Origin: Flavobacteriales bacterium
GTDB lineage: Bacteria > Bacteroidota > Bacteroidia > Palsa-965
Length of the DNA stretch: 64,000 nt
NCBI GenBank assembly: GCA_040377305.1
Contig: JBEIPA010000002.1
Span: 96,001 to 160,000, forward strand
Direction of reading: 5' to 3'
Shown piece after piece: positions 37,970-49,598 of the stretch. The notes under the pieces are model-generated. The model had not been told where the DNA came from. It did not search any database and was given only the letters and a program-made list of their open reading frames with translations. The position numbers and the translations under genes were made by a program. Each line of letters opens with the position of its first letter. The first letter of the stretch is position 1.

Positions 37970-39160
37970 TCAGGAAAGCTTCTGGAAAGTCTGCCACCAC
38001 TTGTCCGGCATTTCTTCTTCGCAGGCGAGTTGGTAATCGTCGTAGGTGCAAGGGACGAGTGCGTGACGTTCGAAACGGGTTTTCTGGGAAGTCGGATAAG
38101 GGACTTCCATCCACCAGCGGTCGCTGCGATTGCTTTTGAAGAAAATGATTTCGTGCTTGTGGTCCTTAAGGAAAACACGGTAGCGCGTGTAGTTGCTTGT
38201 ATCGCTGAACGGAAAATCTTTTTTGCGATTGTAGAAACCGTCGACGAAACACCAGATCATTTGTGCGGCGAGTTCGGAAGTCGTTCCGTTGTGATCAATG
38301 ACCGGATTCAATTCGTAAATGCCGAATGAAGAACACTTGTCGCTGATGCCCGCGTAACGCGCGAGCTGACAGGCTTCATCGCCGGTGAAACCATTGGCGG
38401 AAGAGAAACCACAGCCGGGTGCATCGGAGCGACGGACTGCGGACATATCGAAGCTGAAAAGATCGGCGTTGCGAATAATTGGTTCAACGTTCGCGAGATT
38501 TTCACGGCACACTCCGAGACGGTGCACATCGAAATTCAATTTGCCCATGAGCTCAATTGCAGATTGCTCGACGAAGTAAGTCTGATAGCCGATCGCAGAA
38601 AAGTTGAACAGAAAATTCGGTTGGTGCAGAATGATTTTATTGAGCCATGCCTGGGAATTGTATTCATCGGAACCAATACCAAGATCGAAACGCGGATCGA
38701 CACTCACGAGGTTTATGGTTTGTTCAATTGATTCGTAACCGAGATACTGCGCGTATGTGAGATTGTGTCCGCCACCGATAACGATTGGGATAATATTCGC
38801 ACGCAACAATGAACCGATCACCGTTTTAATTGCGAAGTCCGTATCCTTCGGTGTTTCTCCCATGAAAATATTTCCGAGGTCGGCGAACTTCACATTCCAG
38901 TCGCCCTGATACAAGCGATAAAACTGTTTGCGGATTTCATCGGGGCATTTTGCACAACCCAAATTGCCGACAGCGAGTCGATCTTCCTGCACGCCGATCA
39001 ATGCGAAGTGACAATCGGAAATATCAGGCCAACCCCGATCCATTCGATTTGCAACGACGGCACTGCCCATCTGCGAACTCGCGTAAGGGCGACCTTCGGA
39101 TATTTCTGTTACATCGATTGATCTGAAAAAGTCTGTAAAGTCGAGATTCACTTCTGCCAT
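37970..39160 (-). CDS. Arginase-fold protein (formimidoylglutamase-like, degenerate metal site)
   Basis: DLGN, IGGGH, GYQTY, ANGF.G, YELNP, AAQMIW, and C-terminal FFKSNRSDRWW. Confidence 0.82.
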   Translation of the reverse strand: MAEVNLDFTDFFRSIDVTEISEGRPYASSQMGSAVVANRMDRGWPDISDCHFALIGVQEDRLAVGNLGCAKCPDEIRKQFYRLYQGDWNVKFADLGNIFMGETPKDTDFAIKTVIGSLLRANIIPIVIGGGHNLTYAQYLGYESIEQTINLVSVDPRFDLGIGSDEYNSQAWLNKIILHQPNFLFNFSAIGYQTYFVEQSAIELMGKLNFDVHRLGVCRENLANVEPIIRNADLFSFDMSAVRRSDAPGCGFSSANGFTGDEACQLARYAGISDKCSSFGIYELNPVIDHNGTTSELAAQMIWCFVDGFYNRKKDFPFSDTSNYTRYRVFLKDHKHEIIFFKSNRSDRWWMEVPYPTSQKTRFERHALVPCTYDDYQLACEEEMPDKWWQTFQKLS

Positions 39161-39351
39161 TGTTTGACGGTTTGTTCAAAGATGGGATACATGAGCGTTA
39201 CATCCTTTTTGCTAATCGAAAGTTGTCAACGATTGACCGTTCACAGTTCCAGGTTCTAAGTTCTAGGTAAAAAAATGAGTGGCGCGTTGGCACTAAAAAA
39301 GTTCACCGTTCCGGAAATCCGAAACGGTGATATACTACACAACATTAAACG

Positions 39352-42021
39352 TTATCGCTTTTTAGCTGCCTTTGCTTTTTTCGAAGCGCCTTTCCGTACA
39401 ACCGTCTTTGTTCCCACCGATGGTGCTTTTAATTTGGCAGGGAATGATCGTTTTGCGGCAGCCTTTTTCGCTGGTGCTTTTGCTCCTTTTTTCGCAGCTC
39501 CTTTTTTCGCGACACCTTTCTTCGCTCCTTTTTTGTCGAACGCTCCAGGCTTCTGATCCACGATCATCTTTTTCACTTCTTCCAGAGAAAGTTCTGCAAC
39601 GTCCTCCGGTGTGAATCTATCCCCTTTTGCAGTGCGGCCAAGTTTCAGCATGTCTTTGCCAAAGCGGATAAAAGGACCCCAGCGACCATTTTCAAGTGCA
39701 ATTTTCTCCTCCGGCCATTGTTGGATAAAGCGATTTGCTTCCTTCTCGAGCTTCTTGTCGATGAGTTCGCCGATGTCCTTCTGAGAAAGATTATCGTAAT
39801 CGTATGCCTTCGGGATATTGATGAAAAGTTCGTTGTACTTGATGAACGGACCGAAACGACCCTTGCCTTTTGTTACGGGCAAACCTTTGTATTCCGCTAT
39901 CGGAGCATCTGCAACTTCTTTCAGCTGCACAAGTTCAATGGCCCGCTCCGGAGTTATTTTCATTGGATCTTCACCGCGCGGAATGGAAATATATTGTTCG
40001 CCCCACTTCACATACGGACCGAAGCGACCGATGCCGATAATCATTTCTTTCTCTTTGTAATTTCCTACGGCGCGCGGAAGCTTGAAGAGTTCCATTGCAT
40101 CTTCGAACGTAATTGTTTCGAGACGCATGTCTTTACGCAAGCTTGCGAATTTCTTCTCGGGATCTTCGCTATCGCCAATCTGTACAAGCGGACCGAATCG
40201 TCCGATGCGCACGAATACGCGCTTGCCGGTTACGGGATCAACTCCGAGTTCACGCTCGCCACTTGCACGCTCTGAAGATTCTGTCTTCTCCACATCGCTG
40301 TGAAAAGGACGATAGAACGACTCGAGCATCTTTTTCCAGTTCACTTTTCCTTCAGCAATTTCATCGAACTCCTCCTCTACTGATGCAGTGAAGTGATAGT
40401 CCATGATTTTCGGAAAATGTTCCTGTAGAAAATCGGTCACAACCATTCCGATATCACTCGGAAACAATTTATTTTTTTCCGCACCTGTATTTTCAGTACG
40501 CACTTCTTCGTTGATTTTTCCACCAGCGAGTGTGAGTACGTCGTAATTTCTTGGTTTGCCTTCACGCTCTTCCTTCACCACGTATCCACGATCCTGAACT
40601 GTAGAAATCGTTGGAGCATACGTTGATGGTCGGCCGATACCCAGTTCTTCCAGCTTTTTCACAAGCGCAGCTTCCGTGTAACGTGCCGGGTGATGTGTGT
40701 AACGCTGAGTGGCTGTGATAGAATGTGAAGTCAATGCTTGTCCTGTTTTCAACGCAGGCAACATTGCTTCCGAATTTTCTTTTCCATCATCGGCCATATC
40801 TTCATCATCCGAAGATTCCATGTACACCGCGAGAAAACCATCGAACTTGATTACTTCACCTTGCGCCACGAAAGTTTCAGATGCACCGGATACAGCGATA
40901 ACCGCAGTTGTTTTTTCCAACTCGGCTTCTGCCATCTGAGAAGCCACTGTGCGTTTCCAGATGAGATCGTACAAACGTTGTTCGTCACGTTCACCATCAA
41001 CAGAATTTTGCTCGAGATACGTAGGTCGAATTGCTTCGTGGGCCTCTTGTGCACCTTTACTCTTGGTCTTGTAGTGACGGATATTCACATACTTCGCGCC
41101 GTACATTTTGGTTACGACTTCCTTCGCTTTTTCGAGTGCGATTTCAGAAAGGTTTACGGAATCGGTACGCATGTAAGTGATCTTTCCGCTTTCGTACAAA
41201 CGTTGCGCTACCACCATCGTACGCTTCGGAGAGAATCCAAGTTTACGTGATGCATCCTGCTGTAAAGTCGAAGTCGTAAACGGAGCTGAAGGAGATTTAC
41301 GCGCAGGTTTTGTTTCGAGAGAAGTAACACTGAACGTCGATTTCGAACATGCCTGAAGGAATGCACGAGCTTCTTCAATCGTTTTGAAATTCGAACGCAA
41401 TTCCGCTTTGAACTTCTGTCCACCACTCACGAAAATTGCAGAGACTTTATACGACGAAGTTGATTTGAACGACATCACTTCGCGTTCACGTTCAACAATC
41501 AATCGCACGGTAACACTTTGTACACGTCCTGCAGACAGTGAAGGTTTCACTTTCTTCCACAGAATTGGTGACAATTCGAAACCAACCAGTCGGTCGAGAA
41601 TGCGTCGCGCTTGTTGTGCATCAACCAGGTGTTTATCAATCTTTCTTGGTGAATCAATTGCCTTCAGGATTGCCGGTTTTGTGATCTCGTGGAACACAAT
41701 ACGACGCGTTTTTTTCTCGTCAAGATTCAATGCTTCCGAGAGGTGCCATGAAATAGCTTCTCCCTCCCGGTCCTCGTCCGTCGCGAGCCAGACAATGTCT
41801 GCTGCCTTCGCGAGTTTTTTGAGTTCGGCAATGACTCTTTCTTTATCAGGAGAAATCTCGTAAACAGGTGCAAATCCTTTGTCCGTATCCACCGCCATAC
41901 CCTTCTTCACAAGGTCACGTACATGACCAAAACTCGACTTTACGGTAAAGTCTTTTCCAAGGAAATTTTCAATCGTTTTTGCCTTTGCAGGCGACTCCAC
42001 AATCACTAGATTTTTAGCCAT
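39352..42021 (-). CDS. topA: DNA topoisomerase I (type IA)
   Basis: LVIVESPAKAKTI, ATDEDREGE, SAGRVQS, ITYMRTDS, C-terminal GRFGP repeats and a Lys/Ala-rich tail. Confidence 0.97.
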   Translation of the reverse strand: MAKNLVIVESPAKAKTIENFLGKDFTVKSSFGHVRDLVKKGMAVDTDKGFAPVYEISPDKERVIAELKKLAKAADIVWLATDEDREGEAISWHLSEALNLDEKKTRRIVFHEITKPAILKAIDSPRKIDKHLVDAQQARRILDRLVGFELSPILWKKVKPSLSAGRVQSVTVRLIVEREREVMSFKSTSSYKVSAIFVSGGQKFKAELRSNFKTIEEARAFLQACSKSTFSVTSLETKPARKSPSAPFTTSTLQQDASRKLGFSPKRTMVVAQRLYESGKITYMRTDSVNLSEIALEKAKEVVTKMYGAKYVNIRHYKTKSKGAQEAHEAIRPTYLEQNSVDGERDEQRLYDLIWKRTVASQMAEAELEKTTAVIAVSGASETFVAQGEVIKFDGFLAVYMESSDDEDMADDGKENSEAMLPALKTGQALTSHSITATQRYTHHPARYTEAALVKKLEELGIGRPSTYAPTISTVQDRGYVVKEEREGKPRNYDVLTLAGGKINEEVRTENTGAEKNKLFPSDIGMVVTDFLQEHFPKIMDYHFTASVEEEFDEIAEGKVNWKKMLESFYRPFHSDVEKTESSERASGERELGVDPVTGKRVFVRIGRFGPLVQIGDSEDPEKKFASLRKDMRLETITFEDAMELFKLPRAVGNYKEKEMIIGIGRFGPYVKWGEQYISIPRGEDPMKITPERAIELVQLKEVADAPIAEYKGLPVTKGKGRFGPFIKYNELFINIPKAYDYDNLSQKDIGELIDKKLEKEANRFIQQWPEEKIALENGRWGPFIRFGKDMLKLGRTAKGDRFTPEDVAELSLEEVKKMIVDQKPGAFDKKGAKKGVAKKGAAKKGAKAPAKKAAAKRSFPAKLKAPSVGTKTVVRKGASKKAKAAKKR

Positions 42022-42181
42022 CAGCTCAATGCGTATTAGAATTCATGAAATTCAGCCGGATTTTCAAGACCGGAGGGTGCAAAGAAAACGCACTGGAACT
42101 CATTTTTCCAAATCCGACCTGCCTCAGACCCCCTATACCTATATACATATAGGTATGTTTTTTCGGTTATAAATCTGTCAA

Positions 42182-42212
42182 TTTGTCAGGCCCAGTGTTT
42201 TTGGTAACTTTG
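42182..42212 (+). promoter_or_regulatory. miaB operon promoter (-33 TTTG, 19-nt spacer, -7 TAACTTTG)
   Basis: Both consensus elements at canonical spacing, 37 nt before the ATG. Confidence 0.7.
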
Positions 42213-42249
42213 TTGTCCTTTTTGAGAACATTTTGGGAAAAACGGACCG

Positions 42250-43677
42250 ATGGAAGAAAAAGTAATCGATGAAAGCCGACAAGGTGAAGCGCTGATGGTG
42301 GATGCGCCCGTACAGAGTACGCGCAAGTTGTACCTGGAGAGTTATGGCTGTGCGATGAATTTTTCCGACAGTGAAATCGTTGCTTCTATTCTGAAGAATG
42401 AAGGATTTTCAACCACAAAAGATTTCAAAGAGGCCGATGTAATTTTCGTTAATACCTGTGCAATTCGTGAGGGTGCTGAACAGAAAGTTCGCTTTCGTCT
42501 GAACGAATTCAAGCAATCGAAAAGAAGAAATCCGGGATTGATCGTTGGCGTTCTTGGTTGCATGGCTGAACGTTTGAAAGAACAATTTCTTGACCAGGAA
42601 AAAATCGTTGACATCGTTGTTGGCCCGGATGCATATCGTGATTTACCGAACCTGATTGCGAAAGTAGAAGGCGGACAAAAAGCAGTGAATGTTCTTCTGT
42701 CGAAAGAAGAAACTTACGCAGATATAACACCAGTTCGTCTCGACTCCAATGGAGTTAGCGGATTCATCAGCATCATGCGCGGATGCGACAACATGTGTTC
42801 GTTCTGCGTAGTCCCATTTACTCGTGGGCGTGAACGTTCACGCGATCCGGAAAGCATTGTGAAAGAAGCGAAAGAGCTATTTGAAATGGGTTATCGCGAA
42901 GTCACATTGCTTGGACAAAATGTTGATTCGTACATCTACGCTGGTGGCGGACTTAAGAAGGAAATTCTCACCGAAGAACAGCGGGCGAATGCAACTTCCT
43001 TTGCACAATTGCTCGAAATGGTTGCCAATGTTCATCCTGATTTACGTGTTCGCTACAGCACATCTAATCCTCGTGATATGACGGATGATGTGTTGCACGT
43101 GATGGCGAAGTATGATAACATCTGCAAGTACGTTCACCTGCCTGTGCAGTGCGGAAGTTCGCGCGTGCTCGGAGTAATGAATCGTGGATACACGCGTGAA
43201 GAATACATGGACCGTGTGAATGCGATCAAGCGTATTATTCCTGATTGTGGAATTTCTTCGGATATTATTACCGGTTTCTGTACAGAGACGGAAGAAGATC
43301 ACCAGGAAACTTTGTCGCTTATGGAATGGGTTGGCTTTGATTTCTCGTACATGTACGCGTATTCAGAGCGCCCGAAAACATACGCGGAAAGAAATTTGAC
43401 CGATGATGTTCCGGAAGAAGTGAAACACCGTAGACTGAGAGAAGTAATTGCGGTGCAACAGAATCTCACGAAGGAAAAAATAAAATCGGGTGTTGGAAAA
43501 GTACATCGCGTTCTGATAGAACATGAGTCGAAAAAATCGGCGGACATGTGGACAGGAAGAAATTCGCAGAACAATGTTGTTGTGTTTCCGAAAGGGAATT
43601 ACAAGAAAGGTGAATATGCGAATGTCCTGGCGGAGAGTTGCACGATAACGACTTTGATTGGAAAAGCGATTGGTTAA
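42250..43677 (+). CDS. miaB: tRNA-i6A37 methylthiotransferase
   Basis: [18 protein letters not shown], radical [11 protein letters not shown], and C-terminal TRAM domain. Confidence 0.96.
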   Translation: MEEKVIDESRQGEALMVDAPVQSTRKLYLESYGCAMNFSDSEIVASILKNEGFSTTKDFKEADVIFVNTCAIREGAEQKVRFRLNEFKQSKRRNPGLIVGVLGCMAERLKEQFLDQEKIVDIVVGPDAYRDLPNLIAKVEGGQKAVNVLLSKEETYADITPVRLDSNGVSGFISIMRGCDNMCSFCVVPFTRGRERSRDPESIVKEAKELFEMGYREVTLLGQNVDSYIYAGGGLKKEILTEEQRANATSFAQLLEMVANVHPDLRVRYSTSNPRDMTDDVLHVMAKYDNICKYVHLPVQCGSSRVLGVMNRGYTREEYMDRVNAIKRIIPDCGISSDIITGFCTETEEDHQETLSLMEWVGFDFSYMYAYSERPKTYAERNLTDDVPEEVKHRRLREVIAVQQNLTKEKIKSGVGKVHRVLIEHESKKSADMWTGRNSQNNVVVFPKGNYKKGEYANVLAESCTITTLIGKAIG

Positions 43678-43745
43678 TTTCGGACTAGTTGTTGACCGAG
43701 GCTTGAAATTAGTAGTGTGCGAATTAGTTAATTAGTTGATTCTAG

Positions 43746-45017
43746 ATGACCATACAAGACATAAAACAACGCTTCGGCATTATCGGTACAACACCGCAAC
43801 TGGATCGTGCGATTGATATTGCTGTGCAGGTTGCTCCAACGGATCTGGCCGTGCTGATCACAGGTGAAAGCGGAACGGGCAAAGAAGTTTTTCCGCAAAT
43901 CATTCACCAGAATTCGGCGAAGAAGCATGGGCAATATATTGCTGTAAACTGCGGTGCTATTCCGGAAGGAACGATTGATTCGGAATTATTCGGTCACGAA
44001 AAGGGATCGTTTACCGGTGCGAATGAAGCGCGTAAAGGATATTTCGAAGTTGCAGATGGCGGAACTATTTTCCTGGATGAAATTGCGGAAATGCCCATGG
44101 CCACTCAGGCGCGACTGCTTCGTGTATTGGAATCGGGTGAGTTCATTCGCGTTGGTTCTTCGAAAGTTCAGAAGACCAGTGTGCGCATTGTTGCTGCTAC
44201 GAATGTTAATATTCCTGAAGCAATTGGAAGAGGCAAGTTTCGTGAGGATCTTTACTATCGCTTGAATACCGTTCCGATTTCGTTGCCGCCATTGCGCGAT
44301 CGAAGACAAGACATTCACATGTTGTTTCGCAAATTCGCTGCGGACTTCGCTTCGAAATACAGAATGCCTGTGATCAAACTTACTACTGATGCCGAGCGAA
44401 TTCTTACCGGTTATTACTGGCATGGTAATATTCGCCAGCTGAAAAATGTAACGGAGCAGGTTTCCATCATTGAGAAAGCAAGAGAGATTGATGCTGAAAC
44501 GCTGAAGAAATATTTGCCGGATGTAGACAAAGCAATGTCCGGCGTACCAATGCTGGCACGTAATGCGCATACGGGTAATGAGGCACAGGAAAGAGATTTT
44601 CTATTCCAGCTTTTGCAACAGATGCGGACTGAGCTGAACGATGTTAAGGCGTTGACCATGTCCTTGATTCAGAATGGTGGAAGGATTACTCCGGAGATGG
44701 TGTCTCAAAACAGCGGTGTTCTTCAGAAACACTTTGCCGGCTATGGCGATTCGGGAACAAGAAATGAGGAACGAACTGTGGGGAACGGGGAAGACGCAAT
44801 TGTCATCCACAATCCGACCTGGCAGAATGGAAACGAAGAAATTGTTCAGCCCGAAGAAGTGACAGAAGATTCGTTGAGTTTAATGGACAAAGAAATTGAG
44901 CTGATCACGAAAGCGCTTGACAAACATCGCGGCAAAAGAAAAAATGCTGCGAAAGAACTCGGTATTTCGGAACGAACATTGTACAGAAAGATCAACGAAT
45001 ACAACATCAAAGGATGA
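43746..45017 (+). CDS. Sigma-54-interacting Fis-family transcriptional regulator (no receiver domain)
   Basis: GESGTGKE, SELFGHEKGSFTGA, FLDEI, FREDLYYRL, C-terminal HTH AAKELGISERTLYRK. Confidence 0.93.
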   Translation: MTIQDIKQRFGIIGTTPQLDRAIDIAVQVAPTDLAVLITGESGTGKEVFPQIIHQNSAKKHGQYIAVNCGAIPEGTIDSELFGHEKGSFTGANEARKGYFEVADGGTIFLDEIAEMPMATQARLLRVLESGEFIRVGSSKVQKTSVRIVAATNVNIPEAIGRGKFREDLYYRLNTVPISLPPLRDRRQDIHMLFRKFAADFASKYRMPVIKLTTDAERILTGYYWHGNIRQLKNVTEQVSIIEKAREIDAETLKKYLPDVDKAMSGVPMLARNAHTGNEAQERDFLFQLLQQMRTELNDVKALTMSLIQNGGRITPEMVSQNSGVLQKHFAGYGDSGTRNEERTVGNGEDAIVIHNPTWQNGNEEIVQPEEVTEDSLSLMDKEIELITKALDKHRGKRKNAAKELGISERTLYRKINEYNIKG

Positions 45018-45547
45018 GCCGTTCGATAACCCTGAAGCTGCTATTGTTTGCGATTCCTATTCTGTTGATTTTACAATCGAGCAGATGCAAGGTGTCGTAT
45101 GGTCATTCTCCAGGTGAAAAAACGCTACCGGACAGTGCAACAATCATGGTGTCGCAGTTCACGAACTCAGCACCGCTAGCGAAACCCACAATCACGCAAA
45201 CGATGACAGAGTCGCTTCGTGATTTTATTCAGCGTCAGACCAACTACTCCTTGGTAACAGATGAAGCCGATGTAATTTTCGAAGGAGAAATTGTTGCTTA
45301 TGCCGTTACGCCAGTTTCGATTGTGGCAGGAACCACTGATCAGGCTGCATTAAACCGATTAACAATCACGGTAAAAGTGAAGTATACCAATTCATTCAAT
45401 GAACTCCAGAATTTCGAATCGAATTTCTCTCGCTTTGCAGATTTTCCAAGTACACAGGATATTTCAGCTGTTGAAGATGCTTTGATTAAGGAGATTTCTG
45501 ATCAGATCACACAAGACATCATCAATAAGTCTATTTTCGCCTGGTAG
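45014..45547 (+). CDS. LptE-family protein
   Basis: Follows the regulator; FTNSAPL, EGEIVAY, NRLTITVKVKY, C-terminal W. Confidence 0.72.
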   Translation: MSRSITLKLLLFAIPILLILQSSRCKVSYGHSPGEKTLPDSATIMVSQFTNSAPLAKPTITQTMTESLRDFIQRQTNYSLVTDEADVIFEGEIVAYAVTPVSIVAGTTDQAALNRLTITVKVKYTNSFNELQNFESNFSRFADFPSTQDISAVEDALIKEISDQITQDIINKSIFAW

Positions 45548-45548
45548 A

Positions 45549-46790
45549 ATGAACGCTCAGCAATTTCTTACATGGATGCGGAATCCGGGAACCACTTCCC
45601 GCGAAGAGAGTGCGCAATTAGATGCGTTGCTTGATTCGTTTCCGTATTTCCAGTCGGGACATTTGCTGTACATCAAGAACCTTCATAATCAGGGAAGCTT
45701 TCTTTACAACAATCAGTTAAAGACAGCGGCTGCTTATGCGGTGAATAGGAAAGTGTTGTACAACTTGATCACTCTCAAGTCGACAGACGACAGACGACAG
45801 ACGGGAGTTGAGATGAAAGCTGTAGAAGTAAAAGTTGAAGAAGTAACCAAGCCGGAAGAACAGATTTCTATTCCTCCGAAGTTTCCTACGAAGCGGTTTA
45901 CGAGTAATCCGGATGAATGGGAAGCGGGAATGCTGAGGCAGTTGCAGTTGTTGCATCATTGGCAAAAGGCGACAGACGAAAGACGGGAGACGGGAGAAAA
46001 CAGTGCGCAGTTGCCAGTGCATAATACGCCGGTACAGAAAGAAGAAGTTAAGTTGGAGGAAACTCAAACTCCTAAACTTCCTGATGCGAAGGAAGAGATC
46101 AATACTTTGCTTTATGTTCTAGTTGAGCCTGGACAATCGGAAGATTTGAGTGAAGAAACAACGGAAGAAATTTCTTCTGAAGTGGTGAGTGAAGAAAGCG
46201 AAAGTACACAGTGGGAAGTTTCTTCCTTGACCGATGAAACGGAAGAAACATTAGCTCCGATTGCTGTGCCGACGGATTTAGTACAACAGGAAATTATGGT
46301 GGAAGCGATTCATTCCTCTTTCGAATTGGAAGTGGATGATAAGATTCCGTCTGTTGAAGAAATGAAGCCATTCCGTTTGGATCCGATTGAGGAAACCACA
46401 ACAACTTCAGAAGAGAAATCGAAGGAAGAAGTTGTAGTTACGGGAATGGAGATGTCGTTCTCACAGTGGGTACAGGAGGTGAACAAAAAAGTTCCTTCTG
46501 TGTTGCCTAAAACTGCGCTTTCGACAGACTCGTTGGTGGAGCAATTTATCAAGGATGAGCCCCGCCTGAACGTCAAAAAATCGGGCTTCTACAACCCGGT
46601 GAACATGGCCAAGAAGTCCGTTCAGGAGTCGGACGAGTTCGTAACTGAAACATTAGCAAGGATTTACGCAAAGCAAGGGAATCATTTCAAGGCGATCCGT
46701 GCTTACCAGAAGTTAAGTTTGAAATTCCCGGAAAAAACCGCTTACTTTGCAGCCCTCATTGAGGAATTGAAAAGAACACCGAATAAATAG
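45549..46790 (+). CDS. Hypothetical protein with conserved ends, acidic disordered middle and C-terminal TPR
   Basis: FPYFQ..AAAY..NRKVLY at the N-terminus; [29 protein letters not shown] at the C-terminus. Confidence 0.8.
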   Translation: MNAQQFLTWMRNPGTTSREESAQLDALLDSFPYFQSGHLLYIKNLHNQGSFLYNNQLKTAAAYAVNRKVLYNLITLKSTDDRRQTGVEMKAVEVKVEEVTKPEEQISIPPKFPTKRFTSNPDEWEAGMLRQLQLLHHWQKATDERRETGENSAQLPVHNTPVQKEEVKLEETQTPKLPDAKEEINTLLYVLVEPGQSEDLSEETTEEISSEVVSEESESTQWEVSSLTDETEETLAPIAVPTDLVQQEIMVEAIHSSFELEVDDKIPSVEEMKPFRLDPIEETTTTSEEKSKEEVVVTGMEMSFSQWVQEVNKKVPSVLPKTALSTDSLVEQFIKDEPRLNVKKSGFYNPVNMAKKSVQESDEFVTETLARIYAKQGNHFKAIRAYQKLSLKFPEKTAYFAALIEELKRTPNK

Positions 46791-46798
46791 ATATTCAA

Positions 46799-47155
46799 AT
46801 GGTTGCGATTATTTCTATCCTGATTTTTATTTCCTGCTGCCTGCTTGTACTGGCGGTATTGATTCAGAACCCTAAAGGTGGCGGACTTGCATCCGGCTTT
46901 CAAGCGGGATCACAAGTGATGGGCGTACGCCGCACTGCAGATTTCCTTGAGAAAGCTACGTGGACACTCGCAGTAGCTATCCTTGTTCTCAGCGTAGTTT
47001 CTACTACTTTGAGTAAGAGCCAAGGGACCGGCACAGAAACTGAATCGTCTGCAACAAAAGATAAAGCAACTGATATGGAGCCAACCAACAACGCGGTTCC
47101 TGCACCAGGTGTTACACCTCCTCCGACAGCTCAACCTGCTCCGGGCGGAAACTAA
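46799..47155 (+). CDS. secG: Preprotein translocase subunit SecG
   Basis: [11 protein letters not shown] and FLEKATW, with two TM helices. Confidence 0.93.
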   Translation: MVAIISILIFISCCLLVLAVLIQNPKGGGLASGFQAGSQVMGVRRTADFLEKATWTLAVAILVLSVVSTTLSKSQGTGTETESSATKDKATDMEPTNNAVPAPGVTPPPTAQPAPGGN

Positions 47156-47178
47156 CTGAAATTGACTACGCAAGAAAT

Positions 47179-47209
47179 GTCAGGATGTCACAACAATCCT
47201 GACTTTTTT
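47179..47209 (+). terminator. Terminator after secG
   Basis: GTCAGGAT-N9-ATCCTGAC followed by T6. Confidence 0.75.
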
Positions 47210-47254
47210 GTTTGGGAGCATTGGAAAACTGAAAATTTGTCTCTCTCTTTTCAT

Positions 47255-47269
47255 TGGCAAACTTCTTGA
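47255..47269 (+). promoter_or_regulatory. Putative sigma-54 -24/-12 promoter for groESL
   Basis: TGGCAAACTTCTTGA = GG-N10-GA. No TAnnTTTG or CIRCE was seen in this spacer. Confidence 0.45.
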
Positions 47270-47318
47270 GCAGTAGTAGCGACACGTAATTACGTCTAAT
47301 CACACAAATAATAGAACA

Positions 47319-47597
47319 ATGGGCAAAGTGAACATTACACCTCTCGCAGATCGCGTAGTTGTTGAAGCAGCTGCAGCGGAAGAAAAAACGGCAGGAGGAA
47401 TTATTATTCCCGATACTGCTAAAGAAAAGCCACAGCGCGGTAAAGTTGTCGCAGCTGGTCCTGGCAAAAAAGATGAGCCTACAACCGTGAAAGTAGGTGA
47501 TACAATTCTTTACGGAAAGTATGCCGGCACTGAAATTCAGGTTGACGGAAAAGATTACCTCATCATGAGAGAGTCTGATATTTTCGCAATTATTTAA
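47319..47597 (+). CDS. groES: Co-chaperonin GroES
   Basis: [34 protein letters not shown]. Confidence 0.98.
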   Translation: MGKVNITPLADRVVVEAAAAEEKTAGGIIIPDTAKEKPQRGKVVAAGPGKKDEPTTVKVGDTILYGKYAGTEIQVDGKDYLIMRESDIFAII

Positions 47598-47607
47598 TTC
47601 ACATTAA

Positions 47608-49248
<1,641 letters not shown>

Positions 49249-49313
49249 CAGTCAGTAGGCGATAGTAAATAGGCGATAGTATTAGCCGATCTCCGTTCGC
49301 TTAAATAATCACG

Positions 49314-49347
49314 ATAGTCCCGATTTTCAACAGAAGATCGGGACTAT
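49314..49347 (+). terminator. Hairpin downstream of groEL (GTCCCGA..TCGGGAC family)
   Basis: ATAGTCCCGAT-N12-ATCGGGACTAT. Confidence 0.6.
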
Positions 49348-49415
49348 TCCATTTTATTGCCACAATGGCTTATTTACTATCCCCACCGGACTATGTGTTA
49401 TCTTTACGCCGCCAC

Positions 49416-49598
49416 ATGTCAAAGCTTCGTAAGATTTCGCTCATTGGAATCGCTGTTGTTGTTCTTGCAACCATCGGTTTGAAAATCGCGGGAATATATC
49501 CCGGGATTGTTGCAGTGCACGCTCTACCGTTTTGCATGATGTTGATTATCGACCTCACCCGCAAAAAGGAGAAGAAGAATGAGAAGCCGCAGGAATAA
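49416..49598 (+). CDS. Small two-TM hypothetical protein
   Basis: MSKLRKISLIGIAVVVLATIG...; two hydrophobic segments and a charged tail; overlaps the next ORF. Confidence 0.5.
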   Translation: MSKLRKISLIGIAVVVLATIGLKIAGIYPGIVAVHALPFCMMLIIDLTRKKEKKNEKPQE

